The notes under the pieces are model-generated. The model saw nothing but the letters and a program-made list of their open reading frames with translations, ran no database searches and had not been told where the DNA came from. A stretch of 64,000 bases of DNA, from assembly GCA_022071945.1 (NCBI GenBank), contig JAJVIN010000019.1, positions 15,637-79,636 on the forward strand, given 5' to 3'. The DNA is from Thermoanaerobaculia bacterium. GTDB lineage: Bacteria; Acidobacteriota; Thermoanaerobaculia; UBA5066. Position 1 is the stretch's first letter, and each line of letters starts with the position of its first letter. Of this stretch, positions 36,958 to 47,060 are shown in pieces. The translations under genes were made by a program, and so were the position numbers.

Positions 36958-38391
36958 ATGACGCCCGAGAAGCCGTTCCGCCCCTTGAGCGAATCCGAGC
37001 TCGCCGTCCTCAGGCAGATCGCCGGCGAGGACCACGTGCTGGTTGCGCCCGCCGACCTTCAGCCCTTCTCACACGACTGGACCGAGGACTTCGTCTTCCC
37101 CCCGGCCGCGGTGGCGCGGCCCCGCACGGTTTCGGAGGTCTCGAGGATCCTCGCCTTCTGCAACGAACGGCGCATCCCGGTCACTCCGCAGGGAGGCCGG
37201 ACGGGACTCTCCGGCGGAGCCTTGCCACTCCTGGGCGGGCTCGCGCTCTGCCTGGACCGGATGAACTCGATCCTCGAGATCGACGAGAAGAACGCCGTCG
37301 CCACGGTCGAGCCGGGCGTCGTCACCCAGACCCTCCACGAGGCGGTCGAGGCTCTGGGCCTGTCCTACCCGCCCGACCCGGCCTCGCGCGGCTCGTGCAC
37401 GATCGGGGGAAACCTCGCCGAGAACGCGGGCGGGCCCCACGCGGCCAAGTACGGCGTCACCGGCAAGTGGGTGATGGGCCTCGAGGCCGTTCTGGCCTCG
37501 GGGGACGTCATCGTCACGGGCGGCAAGACGCGAAAAGACGTCGCGGGCTACGACTTGACGTCCCTGCTGGTCGGGTCGGAGGGGACGCTCGCCGTCGTCA
37601 CGAAGGCTTGGTTGAGGCTCATCCCGAAGCCCGCGGCGCGGGCCGTCCTGGTCGCTCCCTTCGCGACCCTCGAGGAGTCGATGGCGGCCGTCGTCGAGGT
37701 CTACCGGCGCGGCCTCGTCCCGGCGGCCTGCGAGTTCGTCGATCGTCCGGCCACGGAGGTCTCCTCGAAGAGAAAGGGGGTCACGCTGCCCTTTCCGGAG
37801 GCCGAGGCGCGGCTTCTGCTCGAGTTCGATGGCGGGGGCGACGAGGAGGTCGAGAGGGACGTCACGCGGGCGGGCGAGGCGGCCCTCGACTGCGGAGCCC
37901 TCGATGTCGTCGTGGCCGCCGACGAGAGAAGAATGCGCGAGCTCTGGGAGATCAGGAGGGGGATCGGGGAGGCGGTGAGAGACCTGGGACATTCTTCCGA
38001 GCTGGATGTCGCCGTGCCGCGCTCCGAGCTCGCGGCCCTCGTCCGCGGCATCCGCGAGATCGCCTCGGAAGCCGGATTCTCCTCGGTCGCCTTCGGGCAT
38101 GCGGCGGATGGCAACATCCATGTCCACGTCTACGGGCCGGGTTCCGGAGAGGCTGGCGAGGAGCTGTTTCGCCAGACCGCCCGGAAGATCTACGCCCTCG
38201 CGGCGAGCCTCGGAGGAACCGTCACCGGTGAGCATGGCGTCGGGATCACCTCGCGCGACTGCCTCTCGTTTTGCCGGAATCCCGCCGCCATCGCCGCGAT
38301 GAGGGCGGTCAAGGATGCCCTCGATCCGAGGGGGATCCTCAACCCGGGCAAGCTCTTCCCGCCTCTTTCGGAGCACGGGGAGCCTCGATAG
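36958..38391 (+). CDS. FAD-linked oxidase (GlcD / D-lactate dehydrogenase family)
   Basis: FAD_binding_4 N-terminus (RPRTVSEVSRILAFCNERRIPVTPQGGRTGLSGGA) plus C-terminal FAD-oxidase_C region (GTVTGEHGVGI). Confidence 0.8.
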   Translation: MTPEKPFRPLSESELAVLRQIAGEDHVLVAPADLQPFSHDWTEDFVFPPAAVARPRTVSEVSRILAFCNERRIPVTPQGGRTGLSGGALPLLGGLALCLDRMNSILEIDEKNAVATVEPGVVTQTLHEAVEALGLSYPPDPASRGSCTIGGNLAENAGGPHAAKYGVTGKWVMGLEAVLASGDVIVTGGKTRKDVAGYDLTSLLVGSEGTLAVVTKAWLRLIPKPAARAVLVAPFATLEESMAAVVEVYRRGLVPAACEFVDRPATEVSSKRKGVTLPFPEAEARLLLEFDGGGDEEVERDVTRAGEAALDCGALDVVVAADERRMRELWEIRRGIGEAVRDLGHSSELDVAVPRSELAALVRGIREIASEAGFSSVAFGHAADGNIHVHVYGPGSGEAGEELFRQTARKIYALAASLGGTVTGEHGVGITSRDCLSFCRNPAAIAAMRAVKDALDPRGILNPGKLFPPLSEHGEPR

Positions 38392-38401
38392 ACTCCGGCG
38401 A

Positions 38402-39871
38402 ATGTCCTTGTCAGACTACGAATCCGTCATCGGTCTGGAGGTCCACTGTCAGCTCAAGACGAGGACGAAGGCCTTCTGCGCCTGTCCCGTCGTCTTCGGA
38501 GCCGAGGCGAACTCATCCGTTTGCCCCGTCTGCCTCGGGTATCCCGGTGTCTTGCCCGTCATCAACCGGGAAATGGTCTCTCTCGCGCTCCGGGTCGCCC
38601 TGGCCGCGGGGTGCGAGATCGCGCCCGAGTCGGTCTTTGCCCGCAAGAACTACTTCTATCCGGATCTCCCCAAGGGCTACCAGATCTCGCAGTACGACCG
38701 GCCGCTCGCCACGGGCGGCGGACTGACGGTCACGACTCCTGAGGGCGAGAAGTTCATCCGCCTCACGAGGATCCATCTGGAGGAGGACGCGGGGAAATCG
38801 ATGCACGAGTTCCCGTGGGAGGACGTCTCGGCGAGCTCGTCTCTCGTGGATCTCAACCGGGCAGGCACCCCCCTCATCGAGATCGTCTCCGAGCCCGACC
38901 TGCGCTCGGGGGACGAGGCGTACGAGTACCTCGTGAAGCTCCGCCGTCTCGTCCGCTGGGTGGACGCCTCGGACGGCAACATGGAGGAGGGGTCGCTCCG
39001 CTGCGACGCCAACGTCTCGATCCGGAGGAAAGGGGAGACCACGCTGGGGACGAAGGTCGAGATCAAGAACCTCAACTCGATCGCGCACGTGAGAAGGGCG
39101 ATCGAGCACGAGGCGGCCCGGCAAGCCGAGAGCCTCGACAAGGGGAGGCCGGTGGTGCAGGAGACGCGCCTGTGGCAGCCCGATTCCCAGACGACGCGTC
39201 CGATGCGGTCCAAGGAAGAAGCGATGGACTATCGCTACTTCCCCGATCCGGACCTCGGAACCCTCGTCGTTTCCCGGGATTGGATCGACGAGGTGAGGCG
39301 AAGCCTTCCCGAGCTGCCGGAAGCCCGCGGCGCGTCGCTGGCCTCTCGCCACGGGCTCTCGCCCCAGGATGCCGCGCTCTTGACCCTCTCGCGGCCGTTC
39401 GCCGACGCCTTCGAACGGGCGGTCTCGTTCCATCCCGCCAATCCGAAGGGAATCGCGAACTGGCTCCTCTCCGAGATCCTGGCCCGGATGTCCGACGCGG
39501 ACAGGCAAGCGGGGAAGATCCCCGTGCCCGCCGAGAATCTCGCCAGCCTCGTTTCGCGCATCGACGACGGGACGATCTCAGGCAAGATCGCCAAGGAGCT
39601 CCTGGCCCTGATGATCGACACGGGAAAGACCCCGGACGACCTCATCACCGAGAAGGGTCTCAGGCAGGTGACGGATGAGGGTCTCCTTGGCGACACGGTT
39701 AGGAAGGTGGTCGAGGCCAACCCCCAGCAGGTGGCCGCGTACCGCGGGGGAAAGGCGGCGGCGTTCGGCTGGTTCGTCGGGCAGGTGATGAAGGCCACCG
39801 GCGGGAAGGCCAATCCGGCCGTCGTCAACCAGCTCCTCCGGCAGGCGCTGGACGCGCCGCAGGAAGGCTGA
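38402..39871 (+). CDS. gatB: Asp-tRNA(Asn)/Glu-tRNA(Gln) amidotransferase subunit B
   Basis: YESVIGLEVHCQLKTRTKAFCACP, NYFYPDLPKGYQISQYDRP and the rest of the sequence are canonical GatB. Confidence 0.9.
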   Translation: MSLSDYESVIGLEVHCQLKTRTKAFCACPVVFGAEANSSVCPVCLGYPGVLPVINREMVSLALRVALAAGCEIAPESVFARKNYFYPDLPKGYQISQYDRPLATGGGLTVTTPEGEKFIRLTRIHLEEDAGKSMHEFPWEDVSASSSLVDLNRAGTPLIEIVSEPDLRSGDEAYEYLVKLRRLVRWVDASDGNMEEGSLRCDANVSIRRKGETTLGTKVEIKNLNSIAHVRRAIEHEAARQAESLDKGRPVVQETRLWQPDSQTTRPMRSKEEAMDYRYFPDPDLGTLVVSRDWIDEVRRSLPELPEARGASLASRHGLSPQDAALLTLSRPFADAFERAVSFHPANPKGIANWLLSEILARMSDADRQAGKIPVPAENLASLVSRIDDGTISGKIAKELLALMIDTGKTPDDLITEKGLRQVTDEGLLGDTVRKVVEANPQQVAAYRGGKAAAFGWFVGQVMKATGGKANPAVVNQLLRQALDAPQEG

Positions 39872-39899
39872 TCGGCGTGGGCGATCCGGGTCTCCTTTC

Positions 39900-40655
39900 G
39901 TGATCGAGTTCTCGCGGGTGACAAAGGAGTACCGGGGACGCCGGGTCCTCAGAGACGTCACGTTTTTGATCCGGCGCGGAGAGTTCGTCTTTCTCACCGG
40001 TCCCTCGGGCGCGGGGAAGTCCACGCTCCTGAAGCTCATCTATCACGCGGAGCAGCCGACGTCGGGCCGGATCGTGGTGAACGGCACCGAGGTCGCCTCG
40101 CTGTCGCCCGGCAAGACGGCCGAGCTCCGCCGGTCGATGGGCATCGTCTTTCAGGACTACAAGCTCCTCCCGGATCGGACCGTCGCCGAGAACGTGTCGT
40201 TTGTCCTGAAGTTCCTCGGCATGCCCGCGGCGGAGAGAAAGAAGCGGACCTACCAGGCGCTCAGGCTCGTCGAGCTCCACCATCGCCAGACCGCGCTCCC
40301 GGAGGAGCTCTCGGGCGGAGAGCAGCAGCGGGTCGCCCTCGCGCGGGCCCTCGTGAACGAGCCCGAGCTCCTCATCGCCGACGAGCCCACCGGCAACCTC
40401 GACGCGCGGCTGGCGACCGAGATGATGAAGCTCTTTTCGGCCATCAACATCCGGGGGACCACGGTCCTGGTGGCGACGCACGACCAGGCGCTGATCAAGG
40501 AAACAGGGAAGCGGACCCTGACCCTCGACCGCGGGATGGTGCTCGGGGAGGGCGAGAAGGTCTCCCTGCCTCCGCAGGCGCTCGGAAAGCGCGACCCCGC
40601 CGAGACTCTCGGGCACGAGCCGAGATGGCGGGACAGAACGGAGCCCGGCGGATGA
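39900..40655 (+). CDS. ftsE: Cell division ATP-binding protein FtsE
   Basis: Walker A GPSGAGKST, ABC signature LSGGEQQRVALARAL, Walker B LLIADEPTGNLD. Translationally coupled to ftsX by an ATGA overlap. Confidence 0.88.
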   Translation: MIEFSRVTKEYRGRRVLRDVTFLIRRGEFVFLTGPSGAGKSTLLKLIYHAEQPTSGRIVVNGTEVASLSPGKTAELRRSMGIVFQDYKLLPDRTVAENVSFVLKFLGMPAAERKKRTYQALRLVELHHRQTALPEELSGGEQQRVALARALVNEPELLIADEPTGNLDARLATEMMKLFSAINIRGTTVLVATHDQALIKETGKRTLTLDRGMVLGEGEKVSLPPQALGKRDPAETLGHEPRWRDRTEPGG

Positions 40656-41557
40656 AGACGTCCTCGGCGACGTTCACGCTTCTGGACGAGGCGTTCAGCG
40701 GGATCTGGCGAGCCCGGCGGATGGTCCTTTTGTCCGTCCTGCAGATCGGAGTCTCGATCTACCTCGTCGGCGTCTTCTTGCTCTTTGCCGAGAATCTTTC
40801 CGGGATCACCGAGACCGTCCGGGACGAGAGCGCGATCACGGTCTACTTCCGGCCCTCCTCGACGAGCGTGGAGCGCGAGAACCTGGAGAAGTTCGCCCGC
40901 GATTCGCACTATGTCTCGGCGGTCCGCGCCGTCTCGTCCGCGGAGGTGAGGAAGCGCTTCATCACGTCGTGGAGCTCGCTCGCCACCGCGGCGACGTCGG
41001 TGGAACCCAACCCCTTCCCCGACACCGTCGAGCTCGATCTGCTGCCCGATGCCCTGGTTTCGAGATCCCTGCCCGGCTTCCTGACGAGGCTCGCCGCCCA
41101 GCCGGGAGTCGATGACGTCCAGTTCGACGTGGAGTGGATCAGGAGGCTGCGCGGAGTCGTGACCCTCATCCAGACCGCGGGGGCGTTCCTCGGCCTCATC
41201 CTGGCTCTCGGGGCGGCCTTCACGATCGCCAACGTCGTCCGCCTGACGATCCTTCTGCACCAAGACGAGATCGAGATCCTCAGGCTCGTCGGCGCTCCGG
41301 AGTTCCTCATACGGGGTCCCTTCGTCGGCGGGGGTGTCGTGCAGGGGTTTCTGGGGGCGCTCCTCGCGCTCGGTCTCCTGGCGCTCTCGTTCCATGGGGT
41401 GATCCGGTACGTCGCGGCCACCAAGAACGTCCTGCTCGGGGTCTTCGTCGTGAAGTTCCTCCCGCTCGGGCCGTCGCTCCTGCTCGTTTCGGGGGGCGTT
41501 CTCGCGGGTCTCCTCGGGGGCCTTCTGGCGGTCAGGCGCCGGCACATCCACGGCTGA
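40652..41557 (+). CDS. ftsX: Cell division permease FtsX
   Basis: Four-TM topology with a large first periplasmic loop; immediately downstream of ftsE. Confidence 0.8.
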   Translation: MKTSSATFTLLDEAFSGIWRARRMVLLSVLQIGVSIYLVGVFLLFAENLSGITETVRDESAITVYFRPSSTSVERENLEKFARDSHYVSAVRAVSSAEVRKRFITSWSSLATAATSVEPNPFPDTVELDLLPDALVSRSLPGFLTRLAAQPGVDDVQFDVEWIRRLRGVVTLIQTAGAFLGLILALGAAFTIANVVRLTILLHQDEIEILRLVGAPEFLIRGPFVGGGVVQGFLGALLALGLLALSFHGVIRYVAATKNVLLGVFVVKFLPLGPSLLLVSGGVLAGLLGGLLAVRRRHIHG

Positions 41558-41639
41558 GGATTCCGTCCCGAGACGGTGCGACCCCACTCCCCCTTCCCGT
41601 CTCGGGAAGGGGGAGGCAGGAGGTCGGGCCGGGGCCGGG

Positions 41640-42671
41640 CTAGCTCGCCCTGGGCTGCCGGTACCGGCGAACGACGCCCGGAATCAGGTACTCCGAGAAG
41701 GCCCGGTTGAGATCGTAAGACGCTTTCCAGCCCCAGTCGGAGCGGGCGGCTCTGTCATCCACGTCCTGGGGCCAGCTGTCGACGATGCTCTGCCGGCGCA
41801 GGTCGGGAGAAAAGCTCGTCTCGACGGCCGGGAAGGCGGCGTGGACGATCGAGACCACCTCGCCCGCCGAGGGGTTGAAGGCTCCGATGTTGTAGACCTG
41901 CCGCGTCAGATTTTCACGCGGGGCTGCCTCGAGCTCGAGAAGCGCCTTGATCGCGTCGGGCATCGCCATGAACGGGATCCGCGTGTCCTCGCGCACGAAG
42001 CAGGCGTAGGGCTCCTTCTGGGCGGCGTGGTGGAGGATCTCGGGCGCGAAGTCGGAGGTGCCGCCGGTCGGGACGGTTGCGGCGCTGATCAGGCCGGGGA
42101 ATCGCAGACCGCGGAAGTCGACGCGCCCCTTCGGAGGCTGCGCATCGAGCTGCCGGTAGTAGCTCGAGTAGTAGCGGCCCAGCTCCTCGCAGTAGAGCTT
42201 GTTGATGCCGTACATCGTCCGCGGCTTGAGGTGGGAGTCCTCGGGCACCGCGCCCGCGGCCGCCTTGATCTCGAGGGAGGGGAGCCCGTAGACGGCAATC
42301 GAGCTCGGGTAGAGGAACTTGATCTCGCGGCCCTGCAACCGGGACTGGCCCATCGCCATCTCGAGGAGGTTGAGAGTTCCGTCCACGTTGACGCGGTGGG
42401 CGAGCGTGGGCTGGCGCTCCGACTTCGTCGAGAGGAGGGCGGCGAGGTGGTAGATCGAGTCGAAATCGTAGGCGGCGGACAGGCTCTCGAGCAGGCCCGC
42501 GTCCAGGATGTCCCCGGTGGCGGTGCGGTAGCAGCGGGAGCGCAGGGGCTCCTCGATGGCATGGAGGTCGAGCGCGATGATGCGCACGTCGGCCAGATCA
42601 CTCAGGTGCGTGATCAGGCCGCGACCGATCTCGCCGTTGGCTCCGGTGAGGAGAATCGTCTTGATCTGCAT
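41640..42671 (-). CDS. NAD-dependent epimerase/dehydratase family protein (L-threonine 3-dehydrogenase-like)
   Basis: Rossmann ILLTGANGEIG; catalytic YGINK (YxxxK). Confidence 0.7.
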   Translation of the reverse strand: MQIKTILLTGANGEIGRGLITHLSDLADVRIIALDLHAIEEPLRSRCYRTATGDILDAGLLESLSAAYDFDSIYHLAALLSTKSERQPTLAHRVNVDGTLNLLEMAMGQSRLQGREIKFLYPSSIAVYGLPSLEIKAAAGAVPEDSHLKPRTMYGINKLYCEELGRYYSSYYRQLDAQPPKGRVDFRGLRFPGLISAATVPTGGTSDFAPEILHHAAQKEPYACFVREDTRIPFMAMPDAIKALLELEAAPRENLTRQVYNIGAFNPSAGEVVSIVHAAFPAVETSFSPDLRRQSIVDSWPQDVDDRAARSDWGWKASYDLNRAFSEYLIPGVVRRYRQPRAS

Positions 42672-42759
42672 GGCAGCTTTCTCCCGGTTCGTTTCGGGGT
42701 GCCACTCGGGGCACCCTCTGGGGCCGGCCAATGGGCACGGACCACCTTGAGCCGGAAGC

Positions 42760-43917
42760 TTAGCTGTTCTGGGGCTCCTTGTCCGGGGCGGGTTCCTCCG
42801 TCACGGGGTCGGGGGTCCGCTCTCCCAGGAGCGCGGCCCAGGGAGCGAAGCGCTCGAACCTCTCGGAAACGACCTTCACCGTGGCGGTGAGGGGAACGGC
42901 GAGGATCGCGCCCGGAACGCCCCAGAGGATGCCCCAGAAGAGGAAGGCCACCATGACGGCGAGCGGGTGCAGCTTGACCCGGCTCCCCACGATGAAGGGA
43001 GTCAGGACGTTCCCCTCGATGAACTGGACGACCGAGTAAAAGACCAGGACCTTGATGGCCAGGGAGGCGTCCTGCGTCGTGACGATGGCGATGAGAAGCG
43101 CGGGGGTCGTCGAGAAGATCACGCCAACGTAGGGGACGAGAACACACAGGCCGGCCATGGGACCGAGGACGTAGCTGTAGGGGACCTTGAGCACGAGGAG
43201 GCCGGCCGTCGTCACGCACGCCGTGATGAGGACGACGAAGAGTTCGCCCAAGACGTATCCGGAGAGAACTCGCGCCACTCCCTCGGCAAAGTCGCTCGCC
43301 GCTCGCCCTCCCTTGATTCGCAGGATGCGCGTGATGGCTCCCGCGTACTTCTCCCTGTCCTTCAGCATGAAGAAGACCAGCATCGGGACGGCGGCGGCGT
43401 AGAGGAAGAGCGAGAAGACGGTCCGGAGCTGGAGCACCACCCTCGAGAGGGAGTCGATCGCCCTTTCCTCCAGCTTGACCGCCCGGACGGAGCGGTCGGC
43501 CTCGGGGAGGAGCCGGCGTGTCTGCTCCTCGAACTTCGCGAAGAACCCCTGCGCGAGCTGGGTGTAGGACTGCAGCCGCCGGGAGTACTCGGGCCAGTTT
43601 TCCGCGAAGGCCTGGGCCTGCTGCAGGGCGTTCGCCACGAAGAACACCATCAGCGCGAAGAGCAAGAGGAGCACGATCAGGATGGCGAGGAAGCGCGGGA
43701 GCTTGATCCGCTCCAGAAGCTCGACGAACGGGTGGATGGCGAAGGAGAGAAAGAGCGCGAAGAAGAAGGTGACGAAAAGGACCTTGCCGTACCAGAGCAG
43801 GCCGACGGCGGCCGCGGTGCCGATGACCACGAGCGCGCGGGAACGAAAAACCCCGCCCGGGGCGGGGTAGTTTCCGGTGGAGAAGGTCCCGGATGCGAAG
43901 ACACCACTCTTGGTCAA
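42760..43917 (-). CDS. AI-2E family transporter (PerM/UPF0118)
   Basis: Multi-TM protein with the family C-terminal block GILWGVPGAILAVPLTATVKVV. Confidence 0.75.
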   Translation of the reverse strand: MTKSGVFASGTFSTGNYPAPGGVFRSRALVVIGTAAAVGLLWYGKVLFVTFFFALFLSFAIHPFVELLERIKLPRFLAILIVLLLLFALMVFFVANALQQAQAFAENWPEYSRRLQSYTQLAQGFFAKFEEQTRRLLPEADRSVRAVKLEERAIDSLSRVVLQLRTVFSLFLYAAAVPMLVFFMLKDREKYAGAITRILRIKGGRAASDFAEGVARVLSGYVLGELFVVLITACVTTAGLLVLKVPYSYVLGPMAGLCVLVPYVGVIFSTTPALLIAIVTTQDASLAIKVLVFYSVVQFIEGNVLTPFIVGSRVKLHPLAVMVAFLFWGILWGVPGAILAVPLTATVKVVSERFERFAPWAALLGERTPDPVTEEPAPDKEPQNS

Positions 43918-43983
43918 ACTGCGGCCTGCCTCAAGGTGAGGGTAAGGGCCGGGCGGCCCTGGCTGGGGCTGCCCGGCGGCGTG

Positions 43984-45330
43984 TCAGCGGAAGGAAACCT
44001 GAACGACGGCGGCCCGGTTGCGGGTGGGGTCCTGGCTCAGCGGCTCGGACTTGGTCTCGACCTTGATCCGGGAAGCGTCGATTCCGTGACGCTTGACGAG
44101 GTACTCCTTGGCCGCCTCGGCGCGCGAGGAAGCGAGGGCGCCCTTGTCCTTGACCTTCTCGGAGGCGTCGGCGTAACCCGTGACCGTGCAGATGGCGGAG
44201 AGGTTGTTCTTCAGCCGCAGGGCGACTCCGTCGAGGATGGCCTTGGCGATGTTCGTCAGCCGGTTCTTGGCGGGGTCGAAGAGGATCTCGTCGCTCGTGG
44301 AGGTCTCGCCCTTCGGGGACTGGGGAGCCTCGACCACGGGAGCGGGGGCGGGAGCCGGCGGCGGAGCCGTTGCCGGAGCGGGGGCCGGAGCCGGCTCCTC
44401 GACGGGAGCGGCGACCTTCGCCTTCTCTTCCTGGAAGGGCCACGGCAGATAGGCGACCTGGAGCACGAATCCAAAGTTGGTCGGGTCGGTCCCGTACTTG
44501 TGCCAGCGGTCGATGTTGGCGCGCAGAGCGCCCGAGGCGGAGAAGCCGCTCTTGCCGAAGCCGACGCGGGCGCCGAGGAGGGCCTCGGAGTAGTCATCGG
44601 GCTTCGAATCACCGCCATCGTAGTGGGTCCGGTTGAGCTCCGTGATGACGGCGAGCACGTTCGGGATCACTCTCCAGTTGAAACCCATTCCGAAGAAGAG
44701 CTCGTTCGGAACGTCGAACTCGGAACCCCTGTTCCCGGCGAGGAGGTAGGACGTCTGGAATGTGAAGGCCTTGTAGTTGAAGGACAGACCCATGTCCCAG
44801 TCCGTGCGGTAGGTCGAAAGGGCCTCCGGGTCGTTCTTCGACTGGAGGGGAATCGTGAATCCCCCGATCAGGGCGATCTTGACAGGGTCCTTCGTCGTGA
44901 GCAGGGCCTTTGTCCCGAAACGGAGTTTGTCGGATTCCGTGTGACGGATGTGGCCGTACCGCTCGTAGCCGTTGATGGAGCCCGCCCAGGGGCGGTCATC
45001 GGCGTAGGTCGTGCGGGGCCCGGCCGTGAACGAGGCTTCCCAGCGGTTCGTCAGGCCGTAGGCGACCGATATACCCAGCTTGCCCGTGTCGTAACGCAAC
45101 GGATCGTCGGGCTGCGGCCCGTAGACGAGCGACGGCGCGGCCGTCTTCGCCCACTGGCTGTAGGAAAGTCCGAAAGAAAAGTGGCCGGTCGGTACGATCT
45201 CGGCATTTTTCAGCTCGATCAGGCCCGTTTCGCCCGTGATCGTGGGGCCGACTTGCGCGAACAGAGCAGGCGCCGCCGCCAATAGGAGCACGGCCACGGC
45301 GATCAGCAATCCGGTCCGCATCCGTTGCAT
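43984..45330 (-). CDS. Outer-membrane beta-barrel protein with C-terminal OmpA-like peptidoglycan-binding domain
   Basis: Signal peptide MQRMRTGLLIAVAVLLLAAAPALFA. Pro/Ala-rich linker. OmpA_C block LFDPAKNRLT...TGYADASEKVKDKGALASSRAEAAKEYLVKRHGIDASRIKVE...NRAAVVQVSF. Confidence 0.7.
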   Translation of the reverse strand: MQRMRTGLLIAVAVLLLAAAPALFAQVGPTITGETGLIELKNAEIVPTGHFSFGLSYSQWAKTAAPSLVYGPQPDDPLRYDTGKLGISVAYGLTNRWEASFTAGPRTTYADDRPWAGSINGYERYGHIRHTESDKLRFGTKALLTTKDPVKIALIGGFTIPLQSKNDPEALSTYRTDWDMGLSFNYKAFTFQTSYLLAGNRGSEFDVPNELFFGMGFNWRVIPNVLAVITELNRTHYDGGDSKPDDYSEALLGARVGFGKSGFSASGALRANIDRWHKYGTDPTNFGFVLQVAYLPWPFQEEKAKVAAPVEEPAPAPAPATAPPPAPAPAPVVEAPQSPKGETSTSDEILFDPAKNRLTNIAKAILDGVALRLKNNLSAICTVTGYADASEKVKDKGALASSRAEAAKEYLVKRHGIDASRIKVETKSEPLSQDPTRNRAAVVQVSFR

Positions 45331-45525
45331 TGAATCTCCTCTTCGCCGGCCCCGGGACTCGGCGGGCGGCTTCGTCGGTTGCTGACGAAACCTCTCCCTG
45401 TTCCGGTGGCAGGAACGTTTTTCAATGAGTCTAGCGCGAGGCCCCGATTTCGCCAAGCGAAACCAGAAACCGGAGCCCTGTGGACTCCGGTTTCAGAGGC
45501 GAAGCTGGACATTTCCTCGCGGATT

Positions 45526-46425
45526 CTAAAGAAGCGGCGTCATCTTCTCGTGAAAGATGATGGCGGCCTCGCGCCCCCTTATGGAGGCGACGCTCTGCTC
45601 GAGGGTCCGGATGAGTTCCCGGACCACCTCGAGTCCCCGGCCCTTGTCGACCTCGGCGAGGGCCAGACGGTAGAGCCGGTCAATGGCCGGGTCGCCCGGA
45701 GACAGGGCGGCGCTCTCGGCCTCCTGCTTGACCTTCGTGCAGAGGATCTGCAGGCTCCGCTTCTCGTCGCCTCTCGTGACGGCGTTGAAGACGCCGCTGT
45801 GAGTCGAGACGGTCGGCATCGGCGGCTGCATGGCGGGAACGCCGGGAGCGGGGGCAGGGGCCGCGGGGGCGGGCTTGGGCAACGGCCGGGGCTTGTTGAT
45901 CTCGACGAGCTCGGCGGTGATGAGGCCGTAGAGCGTCTTGGCGACGTCAAAGGCGGGGAGCTTCGTCCCTTTCGCGATGTCGTCGATCGAGCGCTGGCCG
46001 TCGGTCTTCGTCACCACGAGCCACTCGATCGGGGTCAGGGTGACGGGTTCGCTCATGCCCGGGGGGGCGAGGAGGCTCGGGACGTAGTCGGTGGCCGGGA
46101 TCTTCTTCGAGAGGATCTTCCACTCGTCGCTCCGGCGGGCGGCCTCCATCAGAAGGTTCGTGTTCGACCGCGTGATCGTCCGGATCTCGCTCTCGACGCC
46201 GGGCGAGAACTGGAACTCGCCGCTGTTCCAGAGTGACAGCGCGTAGATGGCGTCTTCCCCCTCGATGTCTCCGACCTTCGAGTGGGTGATCTGGCCACCC
46301 TGGATATAGACGGCTCCGGCCTCGGACCCTCGTGTCAACGCGAACATTCCGGTTTTACCGGCGACGGCCACGAGCTGGACGATGTCAGCGAGAGGAAGTT
46401 CTTTCAGGGAGCCTTGGAACGCCAT
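45526..46425 (-). CDS. DUF4388-domain protein
   Basis: N-terminus FQGSLKELPLADIVQLVAVAGKTGMFALTRGSEAGAVYIQGGQITHSKVGDIEGEDAIYAL matches the DUF4388 fold signature. Followed by a Pro/Ala-rich linker and a helical C-terminus. Confidence 0.55.
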   Translation of the reverse strand: MAFQGSLKELPLADIVQLVAVAGKTGMFALTRGSEAGAVYIQGGQITHSKVGDIEGEDAIYALSLWNSGEFQFSPGVESEIRTITRSNTNLLMEAARRSDEWKILSKKIPATDYVPSLLAPPGMSEPVTLTPIEWLVVTKTDGQRSIDDIAKGTKLPAFDVAKTLYGLITAELVEINKPRPLPKPAPAAPAPAPGVPAMQPPMPTVSTHSGVFNAVTRGDEKRSLQILCTKVKQEAESAALSPGDPAIDRLYRLALAEVDKGRGLEVVRELIRTLEQSVASIRGREAAIIFHEKMTPLL

Positions 46426-46477
46426 GTCGCTCTCTTTCGGTTTCGATGCGTGAAGATAGCATCGGTTGGTCCGTGTC

Positions 46478-47044
46478 TCAACCGGCTGGGCGCCGCTTCC
46501 AGCGCGGGGGAGACGGGGGAGTCGGGTCCGCGGAGACCGTCCGGGGGCCAGACCGGGGGGTCTGGGGTGGCGATTCGGTCAGGATGGCGGCGGTCAGAGC
46601 CACCGCCGCCGCGTCGGTCGCGTCGAGGGCCAGCCTCGAGATGGACTCCTTCTGCGGGAGCCGGGCAAGGACCATTCGACGGACCTGCTCCTTCGAGGCC
46701 CTTCCGGCGCCCGCGATCGTCCTCTTGATCTGGTTCGGCGAGAACTCCCCGATGGGGAGATCAGCCTCGGCGAGCGCCAGGAGAAGGACTCCGCGCGCCT
46801 GTCCGAGAGTGATCAGGCTCTGGGGGTTCACTCCCGAGAACACCCGCTCGATGGCGGCTCGATCTGGACTGTTCCGGGCAATCACGGCCGTCATCTGCCG
46901 GTAGAGCTCCCGGAGCCGCTCGCCGGGCGAGGAAAGCGGCCGGACGCGGATCACGCCGGCCGCCGCGAGAACGCCCGCGCCGCAGGAGTCGATGATGGCC
47001 CACCCGGTTGCCTGGCTACCGGGGTCCACCCCGAGGATGCGCAC
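46478..47044 (-). CDS. ruvC: Crossover junction endodeoxyribonuclease RuvC
   Basis: VRILGVDPGSQATGWAII; catalytic Asp/Glu residues; C-terminal AAAVALTAAI. Probable GTG start just after the yebC stop; the long N-terminal extension in the track ORF is spurious. Confidence 0.8.
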   Translation of the reverse strand: MRILGVDPGSQATGWAIIDSCGAGVLAAAGVIRVRPLSSPGERLRELYRQMTAVIARNSPDRAAIERVFSGVNPQSLITLGQARGVLLLALAEADLPIGEFSPNQIKRTIAGAGRASKEQVRRMVLARLPQKESISRLALDATDAAAVALTAAILTESPPQTPRSGPRTVSADPTPPSPPRWKRRPAG

Positions 47045-47060
47045 GGGGCGTCCCTCTCCA

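Noticed and set aside
34722-38376. Numerous Arg/Pro-rich ORFs on the opposite strand of the GATase-crotonase, LpxL-like and FAD-oxidase genes
   Set aside because: Typical high-GC antisense open frames with no recognisable domains, overlapped by genes with clear motifs.
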